NCBI GenBank assembly: GCA_963769935.1
Contig: CAVYNY010000022.1
Span: 608,001-672,000, forward strand
DNA: 64,000 nucleotides
Direction: 5' to 3'
DNA from: an uncultured delta proteobacterium
Lineage (GTDB): Bacteria; Desulfobacterota; Desulfobacteria; Desulfobacterales; JAFDCJ01
Shown: piece by piece, positions 30,862-41,370 of the stretch
Position numbering within the stretch: the stretch's first letter is position 1
Layout: the number at the start of each line of letters is the position of its first letter
Made by a program: the position numbers and the translations under genes
The notes under the pieces: model-generated
The model's database searches: none
The model's input: the letters and a program-made list of their open reading frames with translations, nothing else
What the model was told of the DNA's origin: nothing

Positions 30862-31725
30862 TCAAGCGCATGATGACCTGTCAAGCCCGATAGAATGCAG
30901 GAGATACGTCGGGCGCGGCTGATCCGGGGCCGCGACTGCCGTTGTATCCGTGATTCCGGTGTCTACCAGCACGGAGTCCAGACCGAAGGCGTTGGCGCCG
31001 CGAATGTCGGTTTCCAATTGATCGCCGATCATTACCATATCTTTGGTACCACTGCGCACCAGGGCTTCCCGGAAGATAGCCGCATGGGGTTTGCCGAGTC
31101 GTGCAAAGCGCAGGTGCGGTCGGTCGGGATAACGCAGCTGCAACGCCGCCTCGATTATCAGAGCGATGCTTCCGCTGGCAATGCCTATCCCGCGGTCGGC
31201 TTTGGGGTAGATCAAATCAGGATTGGGCAGCATCAGGTGAAATCTTTCCCGGCGCTCCACTTTGTGAAAAAGCTCCGTTAAAACCGCATCCACGGTTTCA
31301 ACAAAAGGAAACCCGGCCTCGTCTCCGATGACGACCGCATCAAATCCATCTGCCGGCGACACCACCCGGCCGCCGGCATTGGCAACGTACCGCGCGCTGT
31401 CGTCCGGCCCCAGCACCACACAACGTGCACCCTGCAAGTTCTGAGTTTTAAAGTAGTCTTTGAGCAGTCCGCCGGAGGTGATAATTCGAACCGGCGCTAT
31501 TTCCAGCCCGTAATTTTGAAATCGACCGGAGGAGGTCTGGGGTAATTTGGAGGCGTCATTGGTCAGCAGGTAGTATGGCTTTTGGGTGCGGTTCAGCAAC
31601 CGGATCAGGTCGGCCGCGCCGGCCAGCGCACCAGAGTCATTGACGAGAACGCCGTAAGCATCCAGCAACAGCACCGCATAACGTTCGATCAGCTCTTCAA
31701 TGGTAATTTTCTGCAATGCAGCCAT
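30862..31725 (-). CDS. HAD-IIA (NagD-like) hydrolase
   Basis: DAYGVL, LTND, NPD, GKP, GDQLETDIRGA. Confidence 0.92.
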   Translation of the reverse strand: MAALQKITIEELIERYAVLLLDAYGVLVNDSGALAGAADLIRLLNRTQKPYYLLTNDASKLPQTSSGRFQNYGLEIAPVRIITSGGLLKDYFKTQNLQGARCVVLGPDDSARYVANAGGRVVSPADGFDAVVIGDEAGFPFVETVDAVLTELFHKVERRERFHLMLPNPDLIYPKADRGIGIASGSIALIIEAALQLRYPDRPHLRFARLGKPHAAIFREALVRSGTKDMVMIGDQLETDIRGANAFGLDSVLVDTGITDTTAVAAPDQPRPTYLLHSIGLDRSSCA

Positions 31726-31840
31726 TTTTCCACATCCAATTTCCCATCTTTTCACAGTTCCATTATTCCATAATTTCATATAATTTCCAAATCTCAAATC
31801 TCAAATTAAAAATTTTCCGAAGTATTTGGGGGACCCAACC

Positions 31841-33123
31841 CTAGGTTGGCATCTCCATGGTTTCCTGCATTAGCAGGGCCGCCGCAAGTGACAGCACGGC
31901 GCCGGCCAGACATATCAGAAACATGGTCTGGTAGCCGATCGCAGCGTAATTGTCCTGAACCGGGGTATGGGCTGTCAAAACCGCTCCGATCAGGATCTGA
32001 AAGAAGGCGGCCCCTGCGAACGGAAAAAGATTGACGACCCCGACGGCGGTCCCGGAAATGGAGATGGGAAACAGCTCCTTGGATACGGCTGCAACGATCG
32101 GACCGACAGCACCGCCGGTGAGAAAAAAGCAGAAAAACAGAAGATACAGTGCCGACAGCGACAAGGTGTCCACAAACCAGCTCATTGTTCCCGTCACGCC
32201 GATCAATATCACGCTGCATCCGATAAGAACCGGTTTGCGTCCAAAGCGGTTGCTGAGCCAGCCCAGTAGCGGGCTGCCGAAGATCATCGCCAGGGCAAAA
32301 GTGGATAATACGCCACCCGCGGCGGATTTGCTAAGACCGTAAACCTGCATGAGATAGGGCCCAGCCCACAGTCCGCCGACGGCAAAGGATATCCCGATAA
32401 CGCAGAAAGCCCAGACAGCGATCGGCCAGAAACGGCCTGAAAAGACCACCATCTTCATGCCGCTCAGCACACCGATCTTTTTTTGCATCTCATTGCCGTC
32501 GGGTCGTATTGAAGGCAGACCTATATCAGACGGTCGATTGCGGACAAAAGCATAAACGAGGCCGGCCATCAGCAAGGTTATGATACCCACCGCGATCAGC
32601 GCCATCCGCCAGCCGACGGCGGTGCTGATCCATGCCAGCGGGGCGCTGGAAGACAAGGCCCCGAGGCCTCCCATGGCCATGAAGGCCGACCCCATGATGA
32701 CAAATTGGCGCACCGTGAACCATTCCGACAGCAATTTGAAGTTGCAGACAAAGACCGTGGATACGCCGATACCTATCAGGATGCGACCCATGACGGCCGC
32801 CGGCAAGTTCGGCGCAACGCCCATCATCACCGATCCGATGCCGGCCAGAATAAAAAAAGCCGACATGGTTTTACGCGGACCCCAGGAGTCGGCCATGAGA
32901 CCGGTGGGCAGCTGCATGATGGCATAGGCGTAAAAATAGGCCGAACCCAGCACACCCAGCAGTGTCCCGCTGAGACCGAACGAGGCCTGAATATCAAGAG
33001 CGATAACCGCCGGACACAGCCGATGAAAAAACACCAGCACGTAGCACAAAAATACCAGCAGGCAGATGAAATAGCGATAGGCGATGACCGTATCTCCTCA
33101 GGAAGATGGAAGGAATCAAACAC
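31841..33123 (-). CDS. MFS transporter (probable one-base deletion near 33089)
   Basis: FHR, QLPTG..AD.WGPR; the first helix YRYFICLLVF has no in-frame start unless joined to GTG 33123 by one base. Confidence 0.85.
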
Positions 33124-33200
33124 TTAAATTTTCCGGCAGTTGAAGATTTCGCTTGAACTGCGGTGCCGAGCATTAAGCAATAGACATGCAATTCCGTCCA

Positions 33201-33770
33201 TTACGGCGCCCCGAATCTTTGGCGCAATTTAGAAACAAAAATTGTATCAGCCTTGGGCGAAATTATTTCGAGAGGCGAGTGGCCGCGCTTCCAGGCCAAA
33301 TACAGCGTGATCCCCAGGAAACACAGCGTTATCAGAATATTGGGCCAGGCGTTCAATCCCCACTGTCCGTCCCAGGTCAGCTGCCCGTCCGCCGAAAAGG
33401 GAAACAGATAGGGAATCGGCCACTGATAACTGTCCGGGCCCCGGGAACCGACGAGATCTCCCAGAAGGTGTAGATGGAAAGCCGCCAGGGCAAGCATGGC
33501 GGTCACCCATTTGCGAACACTGAATACAATGACGATCGCTGCCAGCAACAGGCCGAATCCCAGGTTGTGGCACAGGACGTGATGATATTTGCTGTACCAG
33601 ATCAGAGGCGATGTTGTATTTTCAGTCAACAACTCGGCAATTAAGCCGGCGCCGTCGATATCCGGTATGACGCCGCAAAGCGTTACCAAAATCCTGTCCC
33701 GGCGAGTCAGATCCGCCGTGTTTGCCACAGCCCAGCTTATCAGCAAATGGCTTGCCGGATTCATCGACAA
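33201..33770 (-). CDS. YdjM-like membrane metal-dependent hydrolase
   Basis: SH, PDIDG, HH...HN, HLLGD. Confidence 0.85.
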   Translation of the reverse strand: MSMNPASHLLISWAVANTADLTRRDRILVTLCGVIPDIDGAGLIAELLTENTTSPLIWYSKYHHVLCHNLGFGLLLAAIVIVFSVRKWVTAMLALAAFHLHLLGDLVGSRGPDSYQWPIPYLFPFSADGQLTWDGQWGLNAWPNILITLCFLGITLYLAWKRGHSPLEIISPKADTIFVSKLRQRFGAP

Positions 33771-33910
33771 AACCTATAGGCCTTCTCAATTGAAAATAGA
33801 GTATCTGCGGTATAAGGGTTACTTCCTGCGCGTATTGCTCATGAATGAACCCAAGGAAATCAATTAACCGGATTGAGATCCTTAATTATTCAATCTGCAA
33901 CATCCAATAT

Positions 33911-34546
33911 TCAATTAGTAAACGGATCGTGGGTTTTTTCAAAGCGCGTGATATCTGATTCGTGCTTGAGGGTCAGATCGATATCATCGTGGCCGTTGAT
34001 CAGCTGCTCCTTATCACCTTCTTCGATGGTGAAACTGAATACTGTCCGGGGGGTTGTGTGAATCTCAACCGTTTGTTCGACCAGATCGACCGTCGCCTGC
34101 AGGCCTGCATTGGCCGCAACTTGCTTGAAAATGATATCCACTTCCTCTTCGGCCAATTCGATAACCAGCAGCCCGTTTTTGGTAGCATTGGTTTTAAATA
34201 TATCGGCAAAGGCGTTTATGTGTTCCTCACCGATTTTTTTCCAGGGAGCGATAATTACCTGATAGCCGTCCTGGGCCAGGGCCCAGACCGCATGTTCCCG
34301 GCTGGAGCCGCAGCCGAAATTATTGCGGGTCACCAGGATGGAGCGGCCCTCAAAACGGGGATGATTCAGTTCAAAATCGCTGTTAGGCACCCCATCGGCG
34401 GTGTAGCGCAAATCGAAAAAAGCGTTGGGTCCATACCCGGTGCGGCTGATCGATTTTAAAAACTGCTTGGGTATGATGATATCGGTGTCCACATTGGACC
34501 GGTCCAAGGTGGCGATGATTCCGGTGTGCTTTTTAAATGGTTTCAC
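33911..34546 (-). CDS. leuD: 3-isopropylmalate dehydratase small subunit
   Basis: NVDTDIIIPKQFLK, NFGCGSSREHAVWAL; GTG start after aaggag. Confidence 0.96.
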   Translation of the reverse strand: MKPFKKHTGIIATLDRSNVDTDIIIPKQFLKSISRTGYGPNAFFDLRYTADGVPNSDFELNHPRFEGRSILVTRNNFGCGSSREHAVWALAQDGYQVIIAPWKKIGEEHINAFADIFKTNATKNGLLVIELAEEEVDIIFKQVAANAGLQATVDLVEQTVEIHTTPRTVFSFTIEEGDKEQLINGHDDIDLTLKHESDITRFEKTHDPFTN

Positions 34547-34586
34547 ATTCTTCTCCTTTTTATTTTTAGAGAGAAAAACTATTTTC

Positions 34587-34667
34587 ATCACGAAAACACG
34601 AAATACAGAAAGCACGAAATTAATTTTATCTTTTTTTCGTGTCTTTGTCCTTTCGTGTTTTCGTGAT
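34587..34667. repeat. Inverted cacgaaa / tttcgtg micro-repeat element between leuC and leuD
   Basis: tcacgaaaacacgaaatacagaaagcacgaaa versus tttcgtgtctttgtcctttcgtgttttcgtga. Confidence 0.8.
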
Positions 34668-34717
34668 TAATATTTTCTTTTTGGGCCCGCGGCCTCATGC
34701 CTATCCGGGTTTAGGTT

Positions 34718-36132
34718 TCAAGCATCAATCTGCGGCCATTTGCGAATATCGACAAACTTGCCGGCCACGGCCGCGGCGGCCGCCATTTCCGGACTGACCA
34801 GGTGCGTGCGACCGCCCTTGCCCTGACGCCCTTCGAAATTACGGTTGGAAGTCGAGGCACAGCGCTGGCGGGGTTGCAGCTGGTCCGGGTTCATGCCAAG
34901 GCACATGCTGCAGCCGGCATAGCGCCATTCGGCGCCGGCCGCCTTGAAGATGTGATGCAGGCCTTCGGCTTCGGCCTGCAGGCGAACCTGTTGAGAGCCG
35001 GGCACCACCAGTACTTTAACATGATCGGCCTTTTTGCGGTCTTTGAAGATATTGGCCGCCAGACGCAGATCCTCGATGCGGGAGTTGGTGCAGCTGCCGA
35101 TAAAAACGACATCCAGGGGAACATCCGTCAGGCGGGTGCCGGGTTTTAGCCCCATGTATTCCAGGGCATTTCTCACATCCGCCTGGCTGTATCCGCCCGC
35201 CGAATCCGGGCCGGGAACCGGTTGGTCGATATCGATCACCATGCCGGGGTTGGTGCCCCAGGTGATCTGGGGTTTGATGCTGCCGGCATCGATGACCAGC
35301 GTCCGGTCAAATTCGGCGTCGTCATCACTTGGCAGGGTTCGCCAGTAAGCCAGGCGCGCTCCAGGGCTTTTCCGGTCGGCGCAAAGCGGCGCTGCCGGCC
35401 GGTGATGTATTCAAACGTCGTTTCATCCGGGGCGATCATACCGGCCCGGGCGCCGGCCTCGATGCTCATATTGCAGATGGACATGCGCGCTTCCATGGAT
35501 AGGTTGCGCACCGCCTCGCCGCAGTATTCGAGGACATGTCCGGCACCGCCGGCGGTGCCCATCGTGCCGATCATTTTCAGCACCATATCCTTGGAGAAGA
35601 TATGCGGCCCCGGCCGGCCGGTAAACTCCACTTTGCAAGTTTGCGGTTTGCGCTGCTTCAGGGTCTGGGTGACCAGTACGTGCTCCACTTCAGAGGTCCC
35701 GATGCCGAAGGCCAGGGCGCCGAAGGCACCGTGGGTCGAGGTGTGGGAGTCTCCGCAGACGATGGTCAGGCCCGGCAGGGTGAGCCCCATCTCCGGTCCG
35801 ATAATGTGCACGATGCCCTGGTGATCGTCGCCAAGGTCATACAGGGTGATCCCGAAATCTTTGCAGTTTTTTCGCAAGGCTTCGACCTGGGCTCTGGAAA
35901 TCGGGTCTTTGATGTCCAGCCGATCTTCGGTGGTGGGAACATTGTGGTCCATGGTAGAAAACGTCAGCTCGGGGCGCCGGAGTCGGCGGCCCATATGCCG
36001 CATGCCTTCAAATGCCTGCGGGCTGGTAACTTCGTGGACAAGATGACGGTCGATATACAGCAGCGCCGAACCATCGGGCATTTCGCGAACAACATGTGGT
36101 TCCCAGATTTTTTCGAACAGTGTTTTTCCCAT
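34718..36132 (-). CDS. leuC: 3-isopropylmalate dehydratase large subunit, split by a one-base deletion near 35352
   Basis: [43 protein letters not shown]; adding one C restores [17 protein letters not shown]. Confidence 0.93.
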
Positions 36133-36194
36133 TTTCAATTCTCTTCGCGTTTCCCGCCCGCCGCAGGGTCTCATCACCAGGCCGGCGGGACAGT

Positions 36195-36227
36195 CTATAG
36201 GTTGCTGATTAGCTGCCGGGCAGGCAT
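36195..36227 (-). promoter_or_regulatory. Candidate leuC leader peptide [10 protein letters not shown]
   Basis: Two CTA Leu codons; followed by the hairpin at 36152-36190; TTGACG-17-CATATT upstream (36327-36299). Confidence 0.45.
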
Positions 36228-36425
36228 TCGGCTGACTTTACCGGCAACGGCCGGACAAATTTGAAGCCCCGACACTCGCAAAAATTCCAGTATTACGTAA
36301 TATGACAAAAAGAGATGCCCCCGTCAAGTAAACGGTAATGATTACGGCAATAAAAGTGTCCATGATTTTTAACCTACTTTACCGATAAATTTGAAAGCGG
36401 CCAAAAAGAGATTATATTAGTCTTT

Positions 36426-36590
36426 ATGCATCGACGCAAATTTGTCTACTCCGTAAGCATAGCATCTGCTTAGGGACGATTCGCCAACGGAACTGCCGCC
36501 GGCCGCAAACCCGGCCGGCGGCAAGCGTCCACGGTGCCGAATCTGTTTCAGGTTCCGTCTTGACCCGTATGATGTTCACCGGAGGCAGTC
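36426..36590 (+). promoter_or_regulatory. Candidate ilvB leader peptide MHRRKFVYSVSIASA plus structured leader
   Basis: ORF 36426-36473 with Val/Val/Ile codons; perfect 12-bp stem 36494-36505/36512-36523. Confidence 0.45.
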
Positions 36591-36612
36591 CAGAGAAAGG
36601 ATAAGTCAGAAA

Positions 36613-38346
36613 ATGAAAGGAAAGGAATTAGCCCTCAAAGCGTTGTCTGACATGGGTGTTAAATATATTTTCGGGTATACCGGTGGTGCCATCATGCCGA
36701 TATTTGACGAAATGGAAAAACAAAAAATATTCTCGTTTATCATGTCGCGGCATGAACAGGGGGCGGTTTTCATGGCGCAGGGAATATCGCGGGCCTCGAT
36801 CTCTACCGCCAACCCGCGAGTCGGTGTCTGTATGGCGACATCGGGTCCGGGTGCCATGAATCTTGTCACCGGTATTGCCGATGCCATGATGGATTCGGTT
36901 CCGGTGCTGGCTATAACCGGGCAGGTGCCCTCCGGCGTCATAGCAACCGATGCTTTTCAGGAAAGCGATGTGGTCGGCGTGATGATGCCCCTGACCAAGC
37001 AGACGTATATGCCCCTGTCTGTAAACGATGTCGAAGAATCGATCCATGAAGCGATGTATGTGGCCGCCACGGGCCGCGGGGGACCGGTCGTCGTCGACAT
37101 TCCCAAGGATATCCAGAACGCGGACACCGATGACGGGTACCATTTCGATTCGCATAACTTTGAGCCGAATCTGCCGGGATTTATCTACTCACCGGTGCCG
37201 AATCGTGAACTTGTCAAAAAGGCCGTGGGCCTGATCAACCGCAGCGAACAGCCGATAATCCTCTGCGGGCACGGGGTCATCAACAGCAATGCCGGCCGGT
37301 ATCTGGCGGAGTTCGCTGAAAGGGCGCATATTCCCATAGCTTTCACCCTGCATGGTCTGTCGGCCCTGCCGGTCGACCATCGGCTGAGTCTCGGCCTGGT
37401 GGGGATGCACGGGACCGTGGAAGCCAATCGAGCGCTGCTGAATTCCGATCTGATCATCTCCTTCGGGATGCGCTTTGATGACCGGGTGACGGGAAATCTG
37501 GCAGCTTTCGCCATTGGTGCGAAGGTTATCCACGTTGAAATCGACCCGTCCGAAATCGATAAAAACGTCAAAACCTCCCTCGCCATCAACGCCGATGCCG
37601 GTCAGGTCCTCGTCCTGCTGGCAAAAGATCCTGAACTGATCAACAGGCCCAGACGGTCGTGGTTTGAACAGCTGGACAAATTTCGGGCTGAAATTGCCGC
37701 CGAAATCGCCGCTGAGATTGAAGCCGGTGTCGGCAGGGACGGCCAGCTGCTGATGAAGACCATCGTCAAGCATCTGTCGGATGTAACCCGCGGCCGGGAT
37801 CTGATTGTTTCCGACGTCGGGCAGCATCAGATGATTTTGGCTCGGTTTTATAATTTCCAAACCACCAACAGCTGGTTCAATTCCGGCGGCGCCGGTACCA
37901 TGGGGTGTGCCCTGCCTATGGCAGTAGGTGTGAAGCTGGCCCGGCCGGATGAACGGGTATGGTCGATCAGCGGTGACGGAGGCTTCCAGATGAATATTCA
38001 GGAACTGGGAGCAATTATGGAGCACCAAATCGATATCAAGATTCTGCTCTTCAACAACGGCTATTTGGGAATGGTCAGGCAGTGGCAAACCATGTTCTAC
38101 GATGGCCGCTTTGCCGGAACGCCGCTGAAAAACCCTGATTTCGGTGCAATCGCCGGTGCCTACAAGATACCCTACCAATGCGTGTCGCAACCCGCGCAAA
38201 TAGTCGATGCCCTTCAAACGGCTGCGGAGCACAAGGGCGCCTGCATGGTGGAATTTTTGTGTGATCCCAGTGAGATCATATTGCCGATGGTACCGGCCGG
38301 CGGGGGTATAGCGGATATGATCGTATCCCTGAAAAAAACCGCTTGA
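36613..38346 (+). CDS. ilvB: Acetolactate synthase large subunit
   Basis: RHEQGA, TSGPGA, DAFQE, GMHG, GDGGFQMN, GMVRQWQ. Confidence 0.96.
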   Translation: MKGKELALKALSDMGVKYIFGYTGGAIMPIFDEMEKQKIFSFIMSRHEQGAVFMAQGISRASISTANPRVGVCMATSGPGAMNLVTGIADAMMDSVPVLAITGQVPSGVIATDAFQESDVVGVMMPLTKQTYMPLSVNDVEESIHEAMYVAATGRGGPVVVDIPKDIQNADTDDGYHFDSHNFEPNLPGFIYSPVPNRELVKKAVGLINRSEQPIILCGHGVINSNAGRYLAEFAERAHIPIAFTLHGLSALPVDHRLSLGLVGMHGTVEANRALLNSDLIISFGMRFDDRVTGNLAAFAIGAKVIHVEIDPSEIDKNVKTSLAINADAGQVLVLLAKDPELINRPRRSWFEQLDKFRAEIAAEIAAEIEAGVGRDGQLLMKTIVKHLSDVTRGRDLIVSDVGQHQMILARFYNFQTTNSWFNSGGAGTMGCALPMAVGVKLARPDERVWSISGDGGFQMNIQELGAIMEHQIDIKILLFNNGYLGMVRQWQTMFYDGRFAGTPLKNPDFGAIAGAYKIPYQCVSQPAQIVDALQTAAEHKGACMVEFLCDPSEIILPMVPAGGGIADMIVSLKKTA

Positions 38347-38361
38347 CCCTGACCCGCTTAG

Positions 38362-38445
38362 AATTGAAGATTGAAGATTGAATATTTGTGGATGTCGCTT
38401 TGCTCCGTCCTTTCTAAGATGGAAAGAATTCATAAAATATTCAAT
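38362..38445. repeat. Dispersed ttgaa-family hairpin element; related copies near 21323, 23423, 33788 and 46935
   Basis: ttgaaga repeats, then attgaatattt(38377) / aaatattcaat(38435); internal tgtggatgtcgct shared between copies. Confidence 0.7.
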
Positions 38446-38524
38446 CGCTGCAAGACAGCGAAAATCTTCCAATACCATCTATTTGCTAAAAAATAGCAAC
38501 CAGGTTATAAAACGGAAGGATTCT

Positions 38525-39013
38525 ATGACATCCAAGACTCAGATGAAACGGCGGGCCATCCTGGCTTTCATGCAGAACCGCCCGGGGGTTCTCAACAAGA
38601 TTTCAATGTTGATTCGCCGCAAAATGTACAATGTCGAAACCATAACGGCCTGCGCCACCCCGAAGCCCGGCATCAGCCGCATGACCCTGACCCTTTATGA
38701 AGACAGTGACGACAAGATGGCGCAGGTCGTCCGGCAGATAGAAAAGGTAACGGAGGTTATATCCGCCCGGGAACTGCACATCGACCGGAGCTTCTGGCGC
38801 GAGGTGGCGATCGTAAAATTTGAAGCCGATAGTGATAAAATGGAACAGCTTACCGGCAAATATCGCATCGAGATACTCGATCGCCGGAACCAGGGGGTTT
38901 TCATTGTCCAGCTGGCCGGGACATCAAAAATGATCGATGATTTTCTGCAGGAGCTCGGGGCCGATCGGATTATCGAGGTGGCGCGCTCCGGATTCACGGC
39001 GCTGGAAAGATAG
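38525..39013 (+). CDS. ilvN: Acetolactate synthase small subunit
   Basis: ACT domain NRPGVL..I....R..YNVE, SRMT, EVARSG. Confidence 0.92.
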   Translation: MTSKTQMKRRAILAFMQNRPGVLNKISMLIRRKMYNVETITACATPKPGISRMTLTLYEDSDDKMAQVVRQIEKVTEVISARELHIDRSFWREVAIVKFEADSDKMEQLTGKYRIEILDRRNQGVFIVQLAGTSKMIDDFLQELGADRIIEVARSGFTALER

Positions 39014-39185
39014 CCTGCCAAGCCTGCCTCGGATGTGTCTTAAAATCATCGTGCCGCTGTTTATGCCTAGGCCGGATTCCTGATCCAAACTTGCTAAATT
39101 CTATGGGCGAATCGGCCGATCGGCCTCCAGACACTCGTATCGTTTACAGGGTCGTGTATTGATATGGAAAATTTTGTTGTCTGAT

Positions 39186-39830
39186 TTACCCGGTTTTACC
39201 CGGCAGACGATTTGAAGCCCGCTTAGGAGCGGCAGCAGTCTTTTCTCCTGCAATGAAGTCTGTCAAGGCAGCGTGAATGGCAGCGGCCAGAAGATCTAAT
39301 TGGTTCAAATTATCCCTCAGCCCCCGGCTGACTTCAAGCTGGGCACCTTTTCGGGTGATTCCGCGATTGCAAATGTTATCCGGGTTTAATCCCGGGTACC
39401 TCTGATTTGTCCCTGCCCGCACGATGCCCCCGACTTTCAAGCGGCCGGCAATCGCCGAAATCAACCTATTATCCAGACCGCCCAGGTAAACCCGGCCTTC
39501 CTTGTCGGTACAGGCATGCACCGTCACCACGGATTGCGAGCGTGCGATTAATTTTAGGGCTTGCGGTTCGTCGAAATTGTGGCTGGTTATATGCAGGCGC
39601 CCGTTTTTGTCGGGTTTAATGCCTTCAAAACAGTAGCAGTTAAATTTATCCCGGGCGATTTTTTTGGCAATATATGACGTTCGGGGTTCAATCCGGCCGC
39701 CATGGGGCGCCATGATGGTTAGCGGCGATCCCACATCGCTGACCCATATTTTATAGTCCCGGTTTAATTTTTCATGAGATTTCAGCGCCTCAAAGCAGGT
39801 ATAAATATCTTTGGCCATGCGATATCTCAT
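39186..39830 (-). CDS. Poly-gamma-glutamate hydrolase family (DUF867) protein
   Basis: APHGGRIEPRTS, LHITSHNFDEP, NICNR, QLEVS..LR. Confidence 0.88.
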   Translation of the reverse strand: MRYRMAKDIYTCFEALKSHEKLNRDYKIWVSDVGSPLTIMAPHGGRIEPRTSYIAKKIARDKFNCYCFEGIKPDKNGRLHITSHNFDEPQALKLIARSQSVVTVHACTDKEGRVYLGGLDNRLISAIAGRLKVGGIVRAGTNQRYPGLNPDNICNRGITRKGAQLEVSRGLRDNLNQLDLLAAAIHAALTDFIAGEKTAAAPKRASNRLPGKTG

Positions 39831-39939
39831 TCAAAAATAACTTCACATTTTTTACGCTGCTGCATCCCGTCCGGTTGCGTTGCGAAAGCTCGGAATATCC
39901 GGAAGACCGGGCGCGCAGGGGCGCATAAACACAGACGGT

Positions 39940-40488
39940 TTAATTGCTAAAGCATGCGTAGTCATCCGCCTTCATTAAGTACGAAGGATGATCAAGTCCC
40001 GTCGGCGCGTAGTATTCGACGTGCGTGTAGCGAAAGCCCAGTTTTACAAGCAGGCAACGCGAGGCGGCATTTTTGGGATTGTGGCCTGCGAACAAACCGG
40101 CCGCTTCTAAACTTTCGAAGGCGTATTCCATGACGGTCCGCGCAGCTTCGGAGGCAAAGCCGCGCCGCCAGTATTTTGACCGAATGTGGAAGCCGATCTC
40201 GTAAATTCGTTGAGACAACTCGTACGGTCGAAGGCCGCAGCAGCCGACATGACAGCCGTTTGAGAGAAGAAATATAGGCCAGTACTGCACATCGTAGGAC
40301 TCAGCGGTCGCAATTTCGTGTGCGATCCGCTCCCTCACTTGGTTTTCGGAAAGCTGCCCGCGCGAATCGATCAGTTCGGTAACTCGGGGATCTCCCCAGA
40401 GTCCATAGGCCAGGTCGAAATCACTTTGGCGCCAACGCCTGAAGCCCAGACGCCGGCTGCAGAGAAAATATTTTTGTTCAACATCCAT
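39940..40488 (-). CDS. RimJ/RimL-type GNAT acetyltransferase
   Basis: GCCGL, EIGF, WRRGFASEAA, NAAS..L..KLGF. Confidence 0.92.
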   Translation of the reverse strand: MDVEQKYFLCSRRLGFRRWRQSDFDLAYGLWGDPRVTELIDSRGQLSENQVRERIAHEIATAESYDVQYWPIFLLSNGCHVGCCGLRPYELSQRIYEIGFHIRSKYWRRGFASEAARTVMEYAFESLEAAGLFAGHNPKNAASRCLLVKLGFRYTHVEYYAPTGLDHPSYLMKADDYACFSN

Positions 40489-40566
40489 GGTATTTTCCGG
40501 ATCATCGACGGCGCAGTTACTCGGCTGAAGACCGCTCAGGCTCAGCCAAATGCAAGGGCTATCTGC

Positions 40567-41307
40567 TCATTCTGCCTTGAGTTTTATATCTTTATTGTCT
40601 GATTGTTTCAATCCTTTTATGTCCTCGCAGGCCTCTCGACTTCCCAATGCGCACGAAGTTCTTAGCGCATCCATCATGCTTTGGATTTCATGAATTGCAT
40701 AAAATGCGATGGCCTTGGCCAGATAAATCTCCGACCAATTCGGATATTTCCTCTCAAGATGCTCTAAATCAATAATAGCAATTCGCCATTGCATCTTTCT
40801 GATATATCTAAAGGCGCGGGACAGCTCCTGGGCCGGATCGATGGTTTTGGAGATATGCTGTTCCATTTTTTCCTGCAATGAAAAATTCTTTTCATCTTTT
40901 TCAAGCTCAAGGTCTTTGATCTCGGCTCTTATAAAGTCGAGGCTGTCAACTTTAGATTTAATTTTTATGTAAAAGGAGCTCCCATTATCGATTAATTTTT
41001 TTTCAATTACCGCAGATTTTAACTGGTTTACGGCCAGACAATATATTTCCTTCTGTTTTTTGCCATAATTCTCCAACAGATCTTTATGGCCGAGGTATTT
41101 GGCCGCTAACTCGACAGCCTTATGTTTTGCGCCGAACAAGCCCAGTGCCTCATATTTTTTTTGAGAGTCACCAGGGCCTATTCGGTATGTATAGTCCGTC
41201 ACTATTTCAAGAGTATCATCGTTTTTGTCATTTTCCGCCAGGCTGAATTTTGGAACGAAAAAAAATACCGCCGAAAGAAAGCACGCTATCATAATCTTGC
41301 GTCGCAT
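40567..41307 (-). CDS. Secreted hypothetical protein with a TPR-like C-terminus
   Basis: Signal peptide; C-terminal SCALG..EAC; AT-rich. Confidence 0.7.
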   Translation of the reverse strand: MRRKIMIACFLSAVFFFVPKFSLAENDKNDDTLEIVTDYTYRIGPGDSQKKYEALGLFGAKHKAVELAAKYLGHKDLLENYGKKQKEIYCLAVNQLKSAVIEKKLIDNGSSFYIKIKSKVDSLDFIRAEIKDLELEKDEKNFSLQEKMEQHISKTIDPAQELSRAFRYIRKMQWRIAIIDLEHLERKYPNWSEIYLAKAIAFYAIHEIQSMMDALRTSCALGSREACEDIKGLKQSDNKDIKLKAE

Positions 41308-41370
41308 TTTAACCTCATTCAGGCGATTCACATCGACACCGCTGGTTATATTTCAATTTGAATATGTGCC

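Noticed and set aside
19988..33770. Integron cassette array explaining the long co-oriented gene run
   Set aside because: No integrase and no repeated attC sites; several genes overlap like operons
37189..38478. Long antisense ORFs, also 45529-46740, 48633-49718, 6993-7799 and 28916-29734
   Set aside because: Shadows of well-supported genes on the opposite strand; no motifs of their own
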